A stretch of 63,703 nt of DNA, the filler included, from Lenisia limosa (lineage: Eukaryota; Protista; Breviatea), in the NCBI GenBank assembly GCA_001655205.1. It is 8 parts of 8 records of this genome, joined end to end, with 100 filler letters (N's around TTAATTAATTAA, not from the genome) between each part and the next. Parts side by side here need not be neighbours in the genome. Positions count along the whole stretch, not along the records: positions 8,903 to 14,325 come from LPNZ01000435.1; positions 14,426 to 23,690 come from LPNZ01003112.1; 6 more parts are not named here. The stretch is one strand, 5' to 3'. The notes under the pieces were generated by a model, which did not search any database, was not told where the DNA came from, and worked only from the letters and a program-made list of their open reading frames with translations. Both the position numbers and the translations under genes were made by a program. The first letter of the stretch is position 1, and each line of letters starts with the position of its first letter. Of the stretch, positions 8,903 through 22,600 are shown piece after piece.

Positions 8903-11900
8903 CGTCAGCCATGCTCATTTCAGACCTGCAGGAGTGGGTAGGTGTAACGATTTATAACTTATATATGATGTATGAGCTACGGGAATAGTATTCTAATATT
9001 CATATTTTTGCAACATACTCAAAGGGTTGCCCGTTTTGATTAGAAGTAACATTTCAGTGACAACAAACCACGCACAACCGCGCGGCCTCAAACCGCCACC
9101 ACCCAGCCTTCAAGATCGCGATCTCCTGATCGTCCTGTTACGGCTCTTTCAATGAGGTGTGTTTTGTTTTATCAGGGGATTGAGGAAAACTGAGTAAGAC
9201 AAGTCTTATTGAGACTACCGCACAATATACTACCACTCCAAGCTCAAATGCTGCCAAATATCCACTCGTAGTGTGATCTTGAATGGAGATTACAGGAGGG
9301 TTTATTCTGAGTGTGTCAGAGTTACATTGAGACAAACATGATATCTCAAAAAGGATATGATATACAACCATCTTATGCGTTGATTTACCTAGGTCATTAG
9401 ACAGGCCGAGCACTGGGTCACTCTCAGACTCCCTCAGGAGAGCCCAGAGAGGCCCCTATCCTGAAGGTAACAGAGGACCGTTCATGGAACGTTCATGGCT
9501 GTTTCTCTGCTCTTGATTAACACCAAAGGTTTCATTCCAAAGCAAGGCGTGGGCATTGTTGGAGACGAAGTTTACGATCCTGACGCGGTGGAAACAGAGG
9601 TGGTTGGGATGGAGGGCCTTTGATACTGTGGGTAACCCCTTCTTTTTCTTTGAACTCAAACTTGCGTCACTCATGGACTGTGTAGCCTGACACTTTGCGT
9701 ATTCAGCTCACTGAGGAAGATAGTTTGGCGGTGGAGGTATGAGCTGAGTACTCTCTTTTCTTGGAATTGTAAAAATAATTAATTTCCTTTGGTATTTGTT
9801 ACCTTTTCAGAGGTTGGCATCTTTGCGGTTTGACAGAGATTCGTTCAGGGTTGGAGTTGACAGAATTCTTGTAAGCCTTTGCTGTCCCCAAGACCACTGA
9901 ACTCTTTATATACAGCAAATGATCGAAGAAATGGAAATAATTTTTTTTTGCCCTTAGTATAATTACCGGATCATTAACCTGCGTGTTGACCATTTCAGTC
10001 AAGTGTCTTTGCTCAACTCGACCTGCTGAACCCTAAAAAAGTGGGTTCATGGAGCCGCTTTGGCCTTAGAAACATTATTTTAATACGTTCGATAAGAGTG
10101 ACATACTTGGCCGAGGAGCATTATTAGCTTTGTGCCAATACAGAGGAATAGAGTGGCTGTCATAACCGCGTGCAGCGTAAAGTGGAGGTTCCTGTAGAGT
10201 CGGCAGTGAACCTTGCAGAAGAATGGCCGCGAGAAAAGGCCATATTAGAAGGAAAGCTCCTCAGAAGAACGCGACAGTCTAACGTACAACGGGCCACTTA
10301 TTTGTGAGCTTGGTGATGTTTCATTATTGGTGTCGAGTTTTCTCTCTTGACGAAACATAATACTAGTATAGCTAGATACAGTCAAACGGGTAAGTAGTGG
10401 AATATAGTTTTTTTTTTCGTTTCAGAGTCTAATTCCATCATTTTTTATAATAAAAACGTCATTGTAAAGCTGATATTCCTCTTTTTTAGGATTTTCGCCT
10501 TTGTCGGTTTTTTTTTTTACTTCTTTTGAGCCTGTTCCAATGCACTTTGCTGAAAATAGTTTTTTCGAAAAACAAGTTGTAGATTTGATTGAAAAATATT
10601 GTTTTTAAGTTTTTATCCCTTTTAATACTAAATTGTTTTTAAAATGCCGTGTTTTACAGCTGTGCTCTGATGGATTGTCCAATATCGGGATACATCGTGC
10701 CCTCAAGCGTTCTGGTGCCACTGTACCTACAACGATCATCTGGAATTGGTGCAATAAGTTGAAGAAAGGCGAAAATATCCTTGGTAAAGGAAAATCTGGC
10801 CGTCTAAGAAGTTCAAGTAAGGAAGAAGATGCTATTATTGTGAAAGAAGTGCTAAAGAAGCCATTAACACCTATCAAACATCACAAGACATTCTGAGGAA
10901 GAAAGAGGGAATTCATGTCAGTGTTGACATTATCCTTCGACGTCTGGGTGAACAAGGATATTCTTTTTTTAAGGCCGGCCGAAAGCCTTTAATCAACTCC
11001 AAGAACCGCCTGCATCGTCTAGAATGGTGTCTTACCCATAGACACTGGACATTATCAGACTGGTAAAAGGTTTGCTGGACTGATGAGTCAAAATTCGAAT
11101 TATTCCATGCCAATAAGGCCCGATTTGTGGTTAGGAGGGGTGGGGGCATCATCTGAGGATGCAATGATGAAGTGTTTAAGAGCTGGTTCAGCTGTAATTA
11201 CGAAGGAAGAGCTTAAACTATTAATTGACTCAATGCCCCATCGTGTTCAAGCTGTCATAAAGGCAAAAGGTGGTCCAACCAAGTACTAAGTGTAAATATC
11301 TGCTTAGCAGGGGCAAAAAGTAAAAAACGTGTGTTTTTAGTGCCCGACAAAAATAAGGATTTTTTATTTCCTACTATAAGTCATAAGGCGAAAATCCTAA
11401 ATAAAGACAAATATCAGCTTTGCAAATACGTTTTTATTTTTAATAATCTGTGGAAATAGACTCTGAAATGAGAAGACAACTTTGTTCCATTATCCATTTA
11501 ACAGTATATATGATATGTCCAAGTTTGCCTTTCTTCGCAGTCTTATTTCCTCCGTCCGCAGACGAGAACTTGCCTCCCTCAAGGAAGAAATCACAAGGCT
11601 GAAGCTGAATCTGGAGCGTGGCAGCAAGTCCAATAATTGGTCCAAAGTACTCAACGCAACTCTCATTGAAATCAGTGCAATAACGAAGGGTCCCGAGTTC
11701 TCTGCTTCCGCCCTTGATTCAAAACTGAAGGCTGTGAGTTTGGTTGTGATGTTTTGAATTTGATTCGGTCGAATTTGGAAGTGGCAGCAAGAGCTTTTTT
11801 AATATTTTAATAAGCATGACCTTCAGGCAATGAAAGCCGTCAATGAATCGTCGAAGCCTAATGACTTTCTCCAAGCAATCAAAAACGAAGTGGTTGACGA

Positions 11901-14290
11901 ACATCATGTCCTGATCAAGGTTCGTTTGCTTTCCGGGTCAGTTGTCACATCCAAATTTTTATCTTTTTTCTTACCTCTACCCTCCCCCCACCAGGAGAAC
12001 GAGCAACAGTCACTGAGCATCATTAAGTTGGAAGAGGAGAATTGTCAGTTACGCCAAGATCTCAATAATCGCAACATCTCAATTTCTGAGCTATCGTGAG
12101 GAGATGGGAAGTGGAAACTGGCTCACATTGATGCTCTGATTTCATTTTGATATTCAATTATTATTTTCTTGTTGTACTCATGAGATTGGAGGTGAAACCA
12201 GCATGACTCTATAGTTTGCAATTGGAGGCGGCCCTGAAGGCTGAGAAGCTGATGGGAGAACGGTTTGACACAGTCAGAGCTTCAACATACCAAAAGCACC
12301 GGCAGGTAACGTTGCCACTCATCTTTTCCTCATTCCGCTCCCCTCGTGTGCTTTTTGTCTGGAAACGTTTTACTTTTTGTACCTGAAGCTTTACACCGGG
12401 ATGAGATATTGAAAGCGTAACAAATGATCCCCCCCCCCCCAGGAACTGAAAGCCGCGGAGGCCCGTGTGAAGGAAAAGTACATCAAAGAGAAACGAGGTA
12501 GTAGATAGAAGGATACAGAAGGATATGATATAATATCATATATTCTCAGTGTATTGATATTTGGCATTGTTGTTTTTTTATTATTATTGTATTGGCAAAT
12601 GTCATCTTTCTCAATAGCCTACCTCGATATGACTCTATATTTCGCCTTCTTTGCAACACTTCCATATTGAAAATGTTTCCTTATTGACTGGAAAGGACTT
12701 TTGGAGCAAAAGCGCCAGCTACAGGACAAAACTGAGAACTTCTCTTTTTGGATCAAAACGCACTGTTTGGGAGGTCCTCTCAGAAAGGTAAAGTGGCACT
12801 GGAATAGGTGTTGCATCTTCCTTCCAAACAGCCATTCAATTTGGTATGATAATGTGCTCCTGACAGGTTATTGTTTTCAGTTACAGTGTAGAGTGCAGAA
12901 GACCTACTGAATGAGTCCTCATATGCCTTGCTGAAGAACATCTCAAGTTGGCTAGCTATTGTCTGACTGCTGTTCAAAATTGTATTGTAGCAAGTTGCAT
13001 AATATATCACGCACCATGAGTTCTCACCAACGTGTTTTTAGAAACGTTCAGTGACTCCACAGCCCTATCACCCTCAGGTGAGTGATGCAATCAATATTTG
13101 CGATCCTGCTCATTAATTTCTGTCCCTGTTGACCTTCAATAAGGAGACAGTGGGGGTCTTTATGACGAACTTGAGGCAGAAATCGCCCAACTCAAGGAAG
13201 AAAACGAGGTTGTTGGAAGGTGTTATCAGAGAAGGAAGTTGTTTAGGCCTACTTACCCTGTAGCATCTTCAACAGCAATACAACACCGTTCTTGAGAAGT
13301 GGACCAATGCGGCTTGCGATCTTCGGAAGGAGCGGTCTTCATCCTCAATCCGAACACCGAGAGAAAGGTTGGTGTCAACATTAACATAGTATTTACTCCG
13401 TAGAGCTGACTCAGTTTGCACAACTCCCACATCGCCAGCTTTGGTGGGTTGGCGAGCGAGGTGTCTGTTTTGTCAGGGAACATTTTATGTGTTCTGCATT
13501 TGTTACAAGCACATACAAATGATATATAGACTCACTCTCAAGGTACCCTCATCTGCTAATGCTCTTTTTGCCACAACGGATCCCTCAAAGCTTACATTAA
13601 ACGTAAGAACCTGCTTTGTTTTCAAATCAATTCTGTCCCTCCAATCGAACTCAGCATGTTGGCCCATACATATCATACCTGACGCGGGCAGATAACAGAC
13701 TCCGAGCGGCAGTTGACGGATGGTGTGTCGACACCGAGACGTTCATCAAGAAGTCGACCCAAGAGCGCTACTCCACGCCGGTTTGCCTGAGGTCAATAGG
13801 TGGAAATCACACTGTAGACGCAAGAGTATCCAGTCGCCTCGCACACCCAAGAAAAGTGATGCAACCGTGTTGTCAAAGGCTGTCCAGTACCCGTGCGATG
13901 TGGGTGTTTGCTGACTAGTTTCCAATACCATAAGGGGTTGTTGGAAGCCAATCTCCCGAACTAGTGGGTTTACCATAGACACATACCTGCGAGGATGAAT
14001 TGGGCCAGATTCTCTGATGAGAAACAGACTCATATCCCTTAGGATGAGCCTCGTGCCACGGTTCTCCAAACAAACGACCATTTTATTCAGCTGGCCGACA
14101 TGAAGCGAAGAGTGACCAGAATCCTCAGGTCTCACGATGACCTCATACCCAGATACCATCACTTGGTCCAGGTGGGTTGGCGGTGGAGGTCAGGAAGGAA
14201 TGAGATGGTTATTTTGTCCTCCATGCTTTCAATTCCATTACCGATTCAGAGGAAGAACGAGTTGTTAGAAGAAGTCGATATCCTTCGTGG
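8903..14290 (+). CDS. Partial multi-exon gene for a long coiled-coil protein with Ser/Arg/Pro-rich segments
   Basis: Series of AG/GT-bounded exons: RELASLKEEITRLKLNLE, ENEQQSLSIIKLEEENCQLRQDLNNR, LYDELEAEIAQLKEENE, HLQQQYNTVLEKWTNAACDLRKER, DEPRATVLQTNDHFIQLADMKRRV. Confidence 0.55.
10379..11504 (+). mobile_element. Tc1/mariner element with long (about 140 bp) imperfect TIRs, internally deleted, in an intron
   Basis: TA|CAGTCAAACGG... left end and ...CCATTTAACAG|TA right end; inverted blocks TTCAGAGTCT...AAAGCTGATATT...TAGGATTTTCGCC at both ends; transposase remnants inside. Confidence 0.9.
10644..11289 (+). pseudogene. Tc1-like transposase pseudogene
   Basis: HTH region ...GKSGRLRSSSKEED..., RKPLINSKNRLHRLEWC..HRHWTLSDW*KVCWTDESKFE, then a large deletion, then LIDSMPHRVQAVIKAKGGPTKY*; frameshifts and a stop. 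Confidence 0.9.
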
Positions 14291-14324
14291 GGCGGGGGGT
14301 AGAAGTCGATATCCTTCGTGGGGC
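14270..14324 (+). repeat. 31-bp-period duplication spanning a putative donor site
   Basis: AGAAGTCGATATCCTTC|GTGGGGC at 14270 and 14301. Confidence 0.8.
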
Positions 14325-14325
14325 T

Positions 14326-14425
14326 NNNNNNNNNNNNNNNNNNNNNNNNNNNNNNNNNNNNNNNNNNNNTTAATTAATTAANNNNNNNNNNNNNNNNNNN
14401 NNNNNNNNNNNNNNNNNNNNNNNNN
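14326..14425. other. Artificial contig spacer
   Basis: N44-TTAATTAATTAA-N44. Confidence 0.97.
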
Positions 14426-14429
14426 TCCC

Positions 14430-16420
14430 TCTCAGCAGTTGGTGCAATGAACGTGGGTCTGACAACGGGAGTGGTGGGGAGGACTGGCTTGGATACAGGC
14501 GACTGATGTATCAGGAGCTCAAACGGAGTAGAAAATGAAATGACATTCATACACACTCTATGATGGTAGTAAATATGGCTTTACTTTGTGGTGAGTTATC
14601 TGAACTCTAGATAGCAAGAATGAACCCAATTGCGCGGCTTTTCACATGGAAAGCAACGCTCACGGTTGGGTACTTGGATTCTTGAAGTTCGGTAGAGAGG
14701 CGATGGATTGTGGCTGCCATTTCCTCGAGATGTGCCTGGATTATGATATGCGGTTCAAATACCAACCATTCTAGTCTTAGTGACTATTCAATATCAGCTA
14801 TTTGGGATTGGGACGCTAATATGATGATATATAAAGCCTGACAAATAAAAAAGCAGTTCACCTTCATAGACGTGACATCCTCCTTGAGTTGGCTGATCTC
14901 CTCTTGTTGCTTGTCCTCAAATATGTCTGATTTCTTCATTTCTTGCTCAATGTGCGCTGGAATCGATGATAAAGAAAGGGACGTATGTTTCCACACTCTT
15001 TTACCCAGCTCCCAAGAATACCTGTCGAAGTTTCCAGCTTAGCAATGCGGTTGATGATTTCGGGATGGGGTATCTGGGTACGCATTTTCTTCTTGTCGTT
15101 CTCTTCATCATCATCAGAAACTGTCCGCGTTCTTCTCATTGTCGAGTGCGCCAGGGCTGAAGCTCTGAGGGGGGGGGGTCAGACGAATGTGTCACGAACT
15201 AGGTACTGTGACAGTCCACAGGAAGTACGCAGAAGCAGCTCGGAGCGGATCCCAAGAGAGACATCAAGATGAAGCAGAAAACCAACCTAACAACAAGTCC
15301 CATACCTCAGAGCATTGATATTGTCATGTCCCCTACCTCAGGGCATTGATATCATCATCGTCGGAGGTGGTGGGAATGGGTCGAAGTCTTCTCTTACGGG
15401 GCTGTCACCGTAAAAAACAAGAATATAGCGTCTGAAAAAGAGGAATGAAAAGAAAATCGGAACTATTTTGATTGGCTCTTCTTCACCAAGTGACAGTCCA
15501 CCCCCCCCCCCCCNNNNNNNNNNNNNNNNNNNNNNNNNNNNNNNNNNNNNNNNNNNNNNNNNNNNNNNNNNNNNNNNNNNNNNNNNNNNNNNNNNNNNGT
15601 GGTGTTATAAGGGGAAAAGGGCGGGTATCTTTTACTACTAGGGCCTCATTTCGGTGCGAAAAAGGCCGGTAAATTATCGATAGTTTTCGAGGATTAATTG
15701 AGAAATTCAGTCTTTTTTGAAGCCCTAGTTACAAGAGGATTGACTTGGCTTACAGGGTTGGGGTGCACGTTGACAGGGTCCCTGAAATGGTCAGTTCGGA
15801 ATTGTTAGTAGAAGACAGGCTTTGGGAGTAGTATCAAAGCTTCAACCAGAAAAAAACTGATACATCGAATTGCACATTTTCCATTCATGCCACTTTGTTG
15901 CTAAAAATCTGACAGAAGTATCCGCATTTATTTGCCTCATTTCGAACACAAATGATGTAATAAAACTCCCACGTTTGGTTCTTCTTGAGGTATTCCAACT
16001 CCTGGCGCAAGAGACGTACCTCTACACTAGTAAAACGGCTTGAACTGTTCAACTAGAGCAAACGCTGTTTTGAGGCAATTATTAGCACTATTTACGTAAT
16101 ATCATCAATTTCTTTCAGACTGAATACAGTATATGTATATAGTATGATATAGGTTGTATATCATATCATCATAGTACATAGAATGTAGAGCAGCCAGGTA
16201 AATATGTATTTGACATTAGACGACCAGCTGTATATTCGTCAACTGATTGCATACCATATGACCCCCCCCCCCCCNNNNNNNNNNNNNNNNNNNNNNNNNN
16301 NNNNNNNNNNNNNNNNNNNNNNNNNNNNNNNNNNNNNNNNNNNNNNNNNNTTTGTAACACGATTCCTACCATCTTCGACCGGTGAGGACATTGTGGGGGA
16401 TATGGTCTGTGTGGGGATCT
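14430..16420 (-). CDS. Exons of unknown product, probably the C-terminal extension of the WD40 gene
   Basis: EVRLLRQELEYLKKNQT; ENDKKKMRTQIPHPEIINRIAKLETSTG; IPAHIEQEMKKSDIFEDKQQEEISQLKEDVTSMK; same strand and directly downstream of the WD40 exons. Confidence 0.4.
15297..15352 (-). repeat. 31-bp-period duplication spanning a putative donor site
   Basis: Minus strand ATATCAATGCCCTGAG|GTAGGGGAC then ATATCAATGCTCTGAG|GTATGGGAC. Confidence 0.75.
15639..15727 (+). mobile_element. hAT MITE (TAGGGCTTCACTTCG TIR family)
   Basis: TAGGGCCTCATTTCGG...GAAGCCCTA; degenerate TSD TTTACTAC/GTTACAAG. Confidence 0.8.
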
Positions 16421-16499
16421 AAAATGTTAGGCAGCATAATGAGGTGAGATTGTCATTACAATATAATTTGGCAAAACGCAGCAACATACCCACATACCG

Positions 16500-19310
16500 G
16501 GTCAACAGGACTCCAGAGACGGACAGAACCGTCAAAATGCCCAGTTGCTAGAACAATTTCACCTGGGAGGAGGTGAGGAGATATGTATGGGATGCATGTA
16601 AACAATAACGATATGATAAACATATAGGACTTCACTTCGGTTCGAAAAAGTCCGTTGAAATATCGATAGTTTTCGAGGATTTATGGAGAAAGTCCGTCTT
16701 TTTTCGAACCGAAGTGAAGCCCTATATACATCTATCAAAAAGCCTAAACAACCCCTCCACCAGCTGAAGAAATCGGTTTGACAAATGTGACAGGAGAACA
16801 GGTGGAGAAAGTACCTTGTTTCACCCCGCCCTAAAGACAATAAGTGCAGGCAGAGACACCAAGTAATCGCTTGAGTATACACAACGGTACAGTGAAGTAC
16901 TTACGGCACCCCCGACCTGCACGGCGAAAGACTGTACAGTGGCCGAGCCATCGGAACAGAACACCAGACTTCCGATGACACACGCCGACACCAGGCCATC
17001 GCCGAGCACATGCCGCACTGTTGAGGTCTGTGGAGTTAGCTCGCATAATACTGAGTGCCTGTGTTATGAAATTGTCAATTACTGTCTCATTCTATTTGCT
17101 CCATTTTTATCGCAGAGATTGACCATTCAGCCGAACCCGAACCGGAAACACCGCTGCGCAAAGTCCGCGTCTACGGAGAACTTTCGATTTTGCTTTGCAT
17201 CCCCTGGCATACCGCGATATCATACACTCGAGCCTTGCCGTCCTTTCCAGTGGACACAACAGTTGCGAAAGGGGACGGCCAAGAAACGCTTGTGACTTCT
17301 CCACGATGGAGAGTCAGTAGAATACTTTGGTCGGTCTATGCAGTGAGAAACGGCCAAATTAACAGGGAGACTAAGGAAAGCAACACGAAATTCATTTGCA
17401 ATTCTCAATAGACGTTTGTAGAAGTATAATATGGTATAAATGGGTAAGGTTGGATATTTGTGGTTCTTATGACATTGTTCCCACCCATCCTTTACATGAG
17501 GCAAACAAACCCCATCCCTTCAGATCCACACGAACCTGCCAGTTCCACAGTCTGACTGATCCTTCGTCCCCTCCGGTGACTACTCGTGTAGTCTAGAGGA
17601 TAAGGCAAAACAACTCGGGTTTCACTTCGGTTCGAAAAAGATTGGCAAAATATCGATAGTTTCGAGAATTTATCGGGAAATTCAGTCTTTTTTGAACCGA
17701 CGTGAAGCCCTAGAAATAACAGAGTTGTTCGCCATCTCACCTCAAAATCCACACGCATGTTTGTGATAGCACCACTATGGCCCCTATGGGAGGCGATGCA
17801 CTGACCAGCCTGGGGGAGGCGTGAGATGGGACGGCAGACAACGTAAAACCCCAAAATATTAACTCAATCAGCTTCACGTTCATAGAATGTAAACATTCTT
17901 ATCAATTACCAATTTGCTATCCCACCCGAATGCTCCAGACGCGGACAATGCCGTCGGCACAGGCGGATACGATGATGTCTCCGCTGACATCGAAGTCCAC
18001 AACCGCGTGCATGCTGCCACGAACGGCCTGAACCAGTTCGGCAGACTGAAGTGTCAGGATTCATGTACTCCCGTATGACATGGTAGATGTGATTGATGCT
18101 TTCATTTTTTGTGCAACTGAAACCACAACCCGCCAACTTCAGCATTCCATCCACGAATGACTCCGTCAGACGAAGACACCCACACCACGCCATCCTGGAC
18201 CTGGGGGTAAAGGAAGATTCAAAACAAAAACAAAAAGTCCAGAAAAAAATAATAATCAAAAACAGAAACAAGCATCTGGGACAAGCATGAGGGCTTGTAG
18301 CAGCAAAACAAAACAAAGAAAACTTGATGTGGATCTGTAATAATAACCAAATTCCTTATAATATATCATATTATATGATATAACAATGAGAAATAAATAT
18401 AAAATTGTATCTGGCTGAAGCCGTCCACACCATCACGCTTATTAGAGATATTGGATTATAGTATAATTAATTCACCCAATCATTTGCCTTAACATATGCC
18501 GTAACATTTAAACGTGATATGTAAACACAATAATAACAAAAACAAAGTCAAGGCCAGTCAATGCCACATTCCATTATTCCAAAATTACCATTATCAATAA
18601 TCACTCAAAAAGCCTCTCACTTTGATGGCTAAAGCCTTGCCAAGTTCGCCGTCATAAACTCTAAGACAGGTGCCAGTCTGGATACATAAGACTTATACCG
18701 TTTCCTGCTTTCCTCTTAGACAGCAATAAGAGGAGAAACTGCAAGGTTCTACAGTAAAATGTATTCTTTGAAACTTGTGATGTTGAACTGCTAACGTTGC
18801 AGAGAACTGGGAAAAACGACCGCCCTGATCATTTCCCTGAAGTCCGTTGAAGTAATCCCCATGATACACCACCGTCATGATCCTCGCTCACCGCCACCTC
18901 CCAGGCGCGTGCAGTGGCGTCCTCGGACGCCGTGAAGAAGGCGCCGTTACAGAAGGTGAGGTCTGTGATCGGTAGAGCGTGGCCGTTGTACTGTGCGGTC
19001 ATCACGCCAGTCTACGTGTGTCAGCAGATGATGTTAGAGACTGGTTAAATTGTCGGTGAAACAGTGGAATGAAAACTGAGCAAGTATAACCGGTTGGGCA
19101 TTTCAAGAGGGAAAGACGTTATGCAAAAGATAACAATTATTTAACCTAACCTGCCTTTAAATCCCACTATGTTACACAATAACACTGCCTAAAGAAGGTA
19201 AGAAGGCCCTGCATACAGCTTCGTTGTAAGCTTTGACCGAATTGCCCTCCATAACGAATACCATCCCGTCTCCAGACCCGCATGATGATGTGGCAGATCC
19301 TGAACCTAAA
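16500..19310 (-). CDS. WD40-repeat (beta-propeller) protein, multi-exon
   Basis: Repeated WD motifs in exons: GHALPITDL...FTASEDATARAWE, WVSSSDGVIRGWNAE, IVSACADGIVRVWSIR, VVTGGDEGSVRLWNWQ, VVSTGKDGKARVYDIA, LATGHFDGSVRLWSP. The start probably lies further upstream (about 19625 or beyond). Confidence 0.85.
16625..16724 (+). mobile_element. hAT MITE, 100 bp
   Basis: TAGGACTTCACTTCGGTTCGAAAAAG...CTTTTTTCGAACCGAAGTGAAGCCCTA; TSD TAAACATA/TATACATC. Confidence 0.9.
17615..17712 (+). mobile_element. hAT MITE, 98 bp
   Basis: Same TIRs and core; TSD AAAACAAC/GAAATAAC. Confidence 0.88.
18385..18505. repeat. Dispersed roughly 120-bp repeat (TATCTGGCCGAAGCCGTCC family)
   Basis: Related copies at 37781-37830 (rc), 38895-39000, 54535-54600 (rc) and 63505-63585. 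Confidence 0.75.
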
Positions 19311-19639
19311 AGAATGTTGAGTTAGATGCTCAACTTCGGAAAATCCATACCAGGAAAGACCACTCGTGGTGTTTTTGACATTCTATGTCCAAGTCTTCAA
19401 TACGATACAATTATTTGATTACTTGTCAATAAGCCAAGTGTTTTTTTCTGGTTTTTTTAAATCCCAGATCTGGAGGATCAAGAGAATGGTCGCATTTTCC
19501 ATATCATAATTTATCATTATTCTTATTTTTGTCTGACTGGAGTGACGTTGATTGATGTTGAGAGCGGCACTGGAGAGTGCTTGAAGAAACCCGGCTTTAT
19601 TATGAGCTAGAGATCCCCCATCCATTTATATATTATGCG

Positions 19640-22600
19640 GCAAGAATCTTTGCTACATCTCCACCCTACTTCAATCACAATTGAGGACTTGAACTATTCG
19701 CATTCTTTATCCCAGGCAATTCCCTCATGTGATATTTCAACTCAAACGGTCCACCCTCACCCCCCTGCAACTCAGGTATGGCATGATTAATTCCATGCTC
19801 GCTTTGTAAGCATTTTATACATTCGTCAAATATGTGTATATGTATACGGATATAGTGATATTCAAATGAGGAAATGCAAAAAATGACCCAAAATATTCAA
19901 AGGTGCATATACTGCATCAACTTTTTTTATTTGTTTTGTCATCAAGAATGAAAAGGAGAAATCGTTGAGAACCCGTTATTCTATAGGTTGCCTCACATCT
20001 GCGTCTCCTCCCAACCACCGCCGTCCTCTGCGAATGCGGCAATTTGGACTGCGAGTGTGGAGTCAATGAAAAGTTCCACTTTTGGGCTGATCCTTTGATG
20101 GTGACTCTAGATGAAGGCCTCTGTGTTGATGGCTTTTACGAGTGTTATGACGATCCAGGGCCCGTTATTGGTATGAGGTATTGCGGAATTGAGTACTAAC
20201 TTATTTTACACCACAGTACGAACTTATTTCAGAGTACGAACTGATGTATTCGGTGTTTTTTAATTATATTATAACTATTCAATGGGGGTTTGCTTGGAGG
20301 TTATTGGTTGTGATTACATAGACGCTAATGATTTCCATTAAACCAACCTCATTGCTTGTGGTACAACTGAGTAAACTTCAACAATGTAAAAGTGTCCAGT
20401 CTCGGTTTTGTTTTTTATTATTATCGATCAATTCTCCATTTACACTCCCTCATCAGATTCCCCACCATCAACACCGCCCTCACCTGATGAAGAGAAATTT
20501 CCTGTAATTTCCCCAGTTTTCCGAGTAGGCCAGTCAAACATTTTTAGTTGCATATTTTCTTTTAAAGGCGTGGTTGCGTTGAATATACATAATTTGGGAG
20601 TACTTTTGCAGTTTGTCTTTCTCTTTTTTGATTGAGTCAGTAATATGGTTGTTGTAAGTCTTTTTTTTCATTCAAAACATTCCCATTGTAAATCCCCTAG
20701 AAGCCCTCGTTGGACGACCTCAAACGAGATACCCTCCGACGGCTCAATAAACACAAACGAGCAAGTAAGAATGCGCCAGATCTGAATTTGGACAGTGTCC
20801 GCCCACGCCTAACGCGAGGTTTGTGAAATGTGCATTTTGTCGGTATTTCATTGCACATACATACATATATATCGATCTTGATTTTATATTGTTGTGATAT
20901 TTCTGTCCTTCTGTCATCTGTGTGTATTTCCACCATGTTTCAGTAGAATATCATTTAACCAGGGCTACCTTGGCGTTCTCCTTCCCCGTCTCGCCCCACA
21001 GAGACCAAAACAAGTCCCTCCCCTGAAATACCAAAACCTACCTCGGAATCGGTATGTTGGTTTTCTAATGGTTTCTATGGATAATTATTAATAGTGTTAT
21101 TTATCGAGGACTGTTTTTCAGTTAATTCTTTCTGGGGAATATGATCCAAAAAAGCAGTACCCATATCCTCACAACGCAGAAGCGGTCAGCCTCGCCAACC
21201 TTCAGCAGGGTGCCGCGGCCGGACCTTCCATCAGGTGCCCGCCTGCCATATTACGGTCGCGATCGGCCTGAGGCCTTGTTGGAGCCCCGGGAAAATATTA
21301 GGGTTCCTGGCGGCAAATGGACCACTCCCAGCCCTCGTATGCTAAGTATATGCAGTTACCGGGATTAGTCTTGAACGATTCTTCTATTTTCCTTGTGAAA
21401 TCACATAGCAAATCAGTCAAGACTTATCCCTGTCACTGTACAGAAAAGAAGGCTACATTCCACAGTGTGCACTGAACGCTTTACCATACAAACTATCAAA
21501 CTATTGGACTGATTAATTCATATATTGGAGCAAAATCTCACTCCTGTAGCAAAAAGAATTCCCATCGTTGACCGTCGGCCCATTTTGGACCCAAAATTCG
21601 GACTCACCCAGCCCCGGGTCCAAAGTGTTCCTTTGAGGAAACCACCAGCCGCAAAGCCTCCTGTCATTGACGACCGACCCTCTTTGGATGTAAAATTTTC
21701 CTCTACAGATCGACGCGTTCTTGGAGGGCAGTTTTTGAAAGCTAATGTCAGGAAGGACCTTGTGGGCAAGGGCATTTCTTCCGATAACTTATTTCTCTTA
21801 TCAGTATTATTATTTTTATAATTCATTGTTATATCATCTTCAGGGGAAATCACCAGAAGTGGTATCATAAACAGATCTCATAGATCATTAGGAAGACGAC
21901 GAGCGGTCTTCATTGAACCCCGATATTTCCGCCACCCGACCCAGTGTACCTTCGGCTTTTATTGTTTCCGAAGCCACGTCATCACTTGATGTTGAGAGAA
22001 GGTGAGGAGAGTGAACCTCTGTGTAATTTTCGTTTTTGTTGGTGTTTTGGGATGAAGTGGCGAGTTACTCAAATTCGTATGGGCAGAGATTGAATTGAAA
22101 ATTATGCCCCAACATTTTAGACGCCAAGAAGGTGCTGAAATGTTGGCCCGGCTCAATGCCATTCAAAACCCCCACCCCGAGAGGAAACGGCGAATCCCCG
22201 AAACTGGAGACCCCAGGCTACCGCCTTCACATCAGCCTGTTTTGGATATGTCGCGCACAACAGGGCGCGCCACCCTTGCGTGAGTTGAACTGGCATAATC
22301 AGTTTAGTGACAGGCGGAAATTGTCATCGGCTTGTGTCATGTATGGAGCTTTGTTGCATTCTATCCATAAGTTGAACTGACACAATTTATTTTCTAAACG
22401 GTTGACTCAATTTGTTCTTTGATTACTTCTATCACAGGAGTTCTTGTACTTCTATGATATGTATATATGATATGTATTATCTGTGCACCTCACTCCTAAC
22501 CGTATTAGGCCCGGGGAGGCCCGACCCTTAACACCACCCTCACGTTTCCTGGACTACGATGACTCCGTTCTACGGCCACATGTTCCGTCGGCACTTGTCG

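Noticed and set aside
15639-17712. Three MITEs spaced about 990 bp apart
   Set aside because: Only two intervals, one containing an estimated N gap; flanks are unrelated; probably coincidence.
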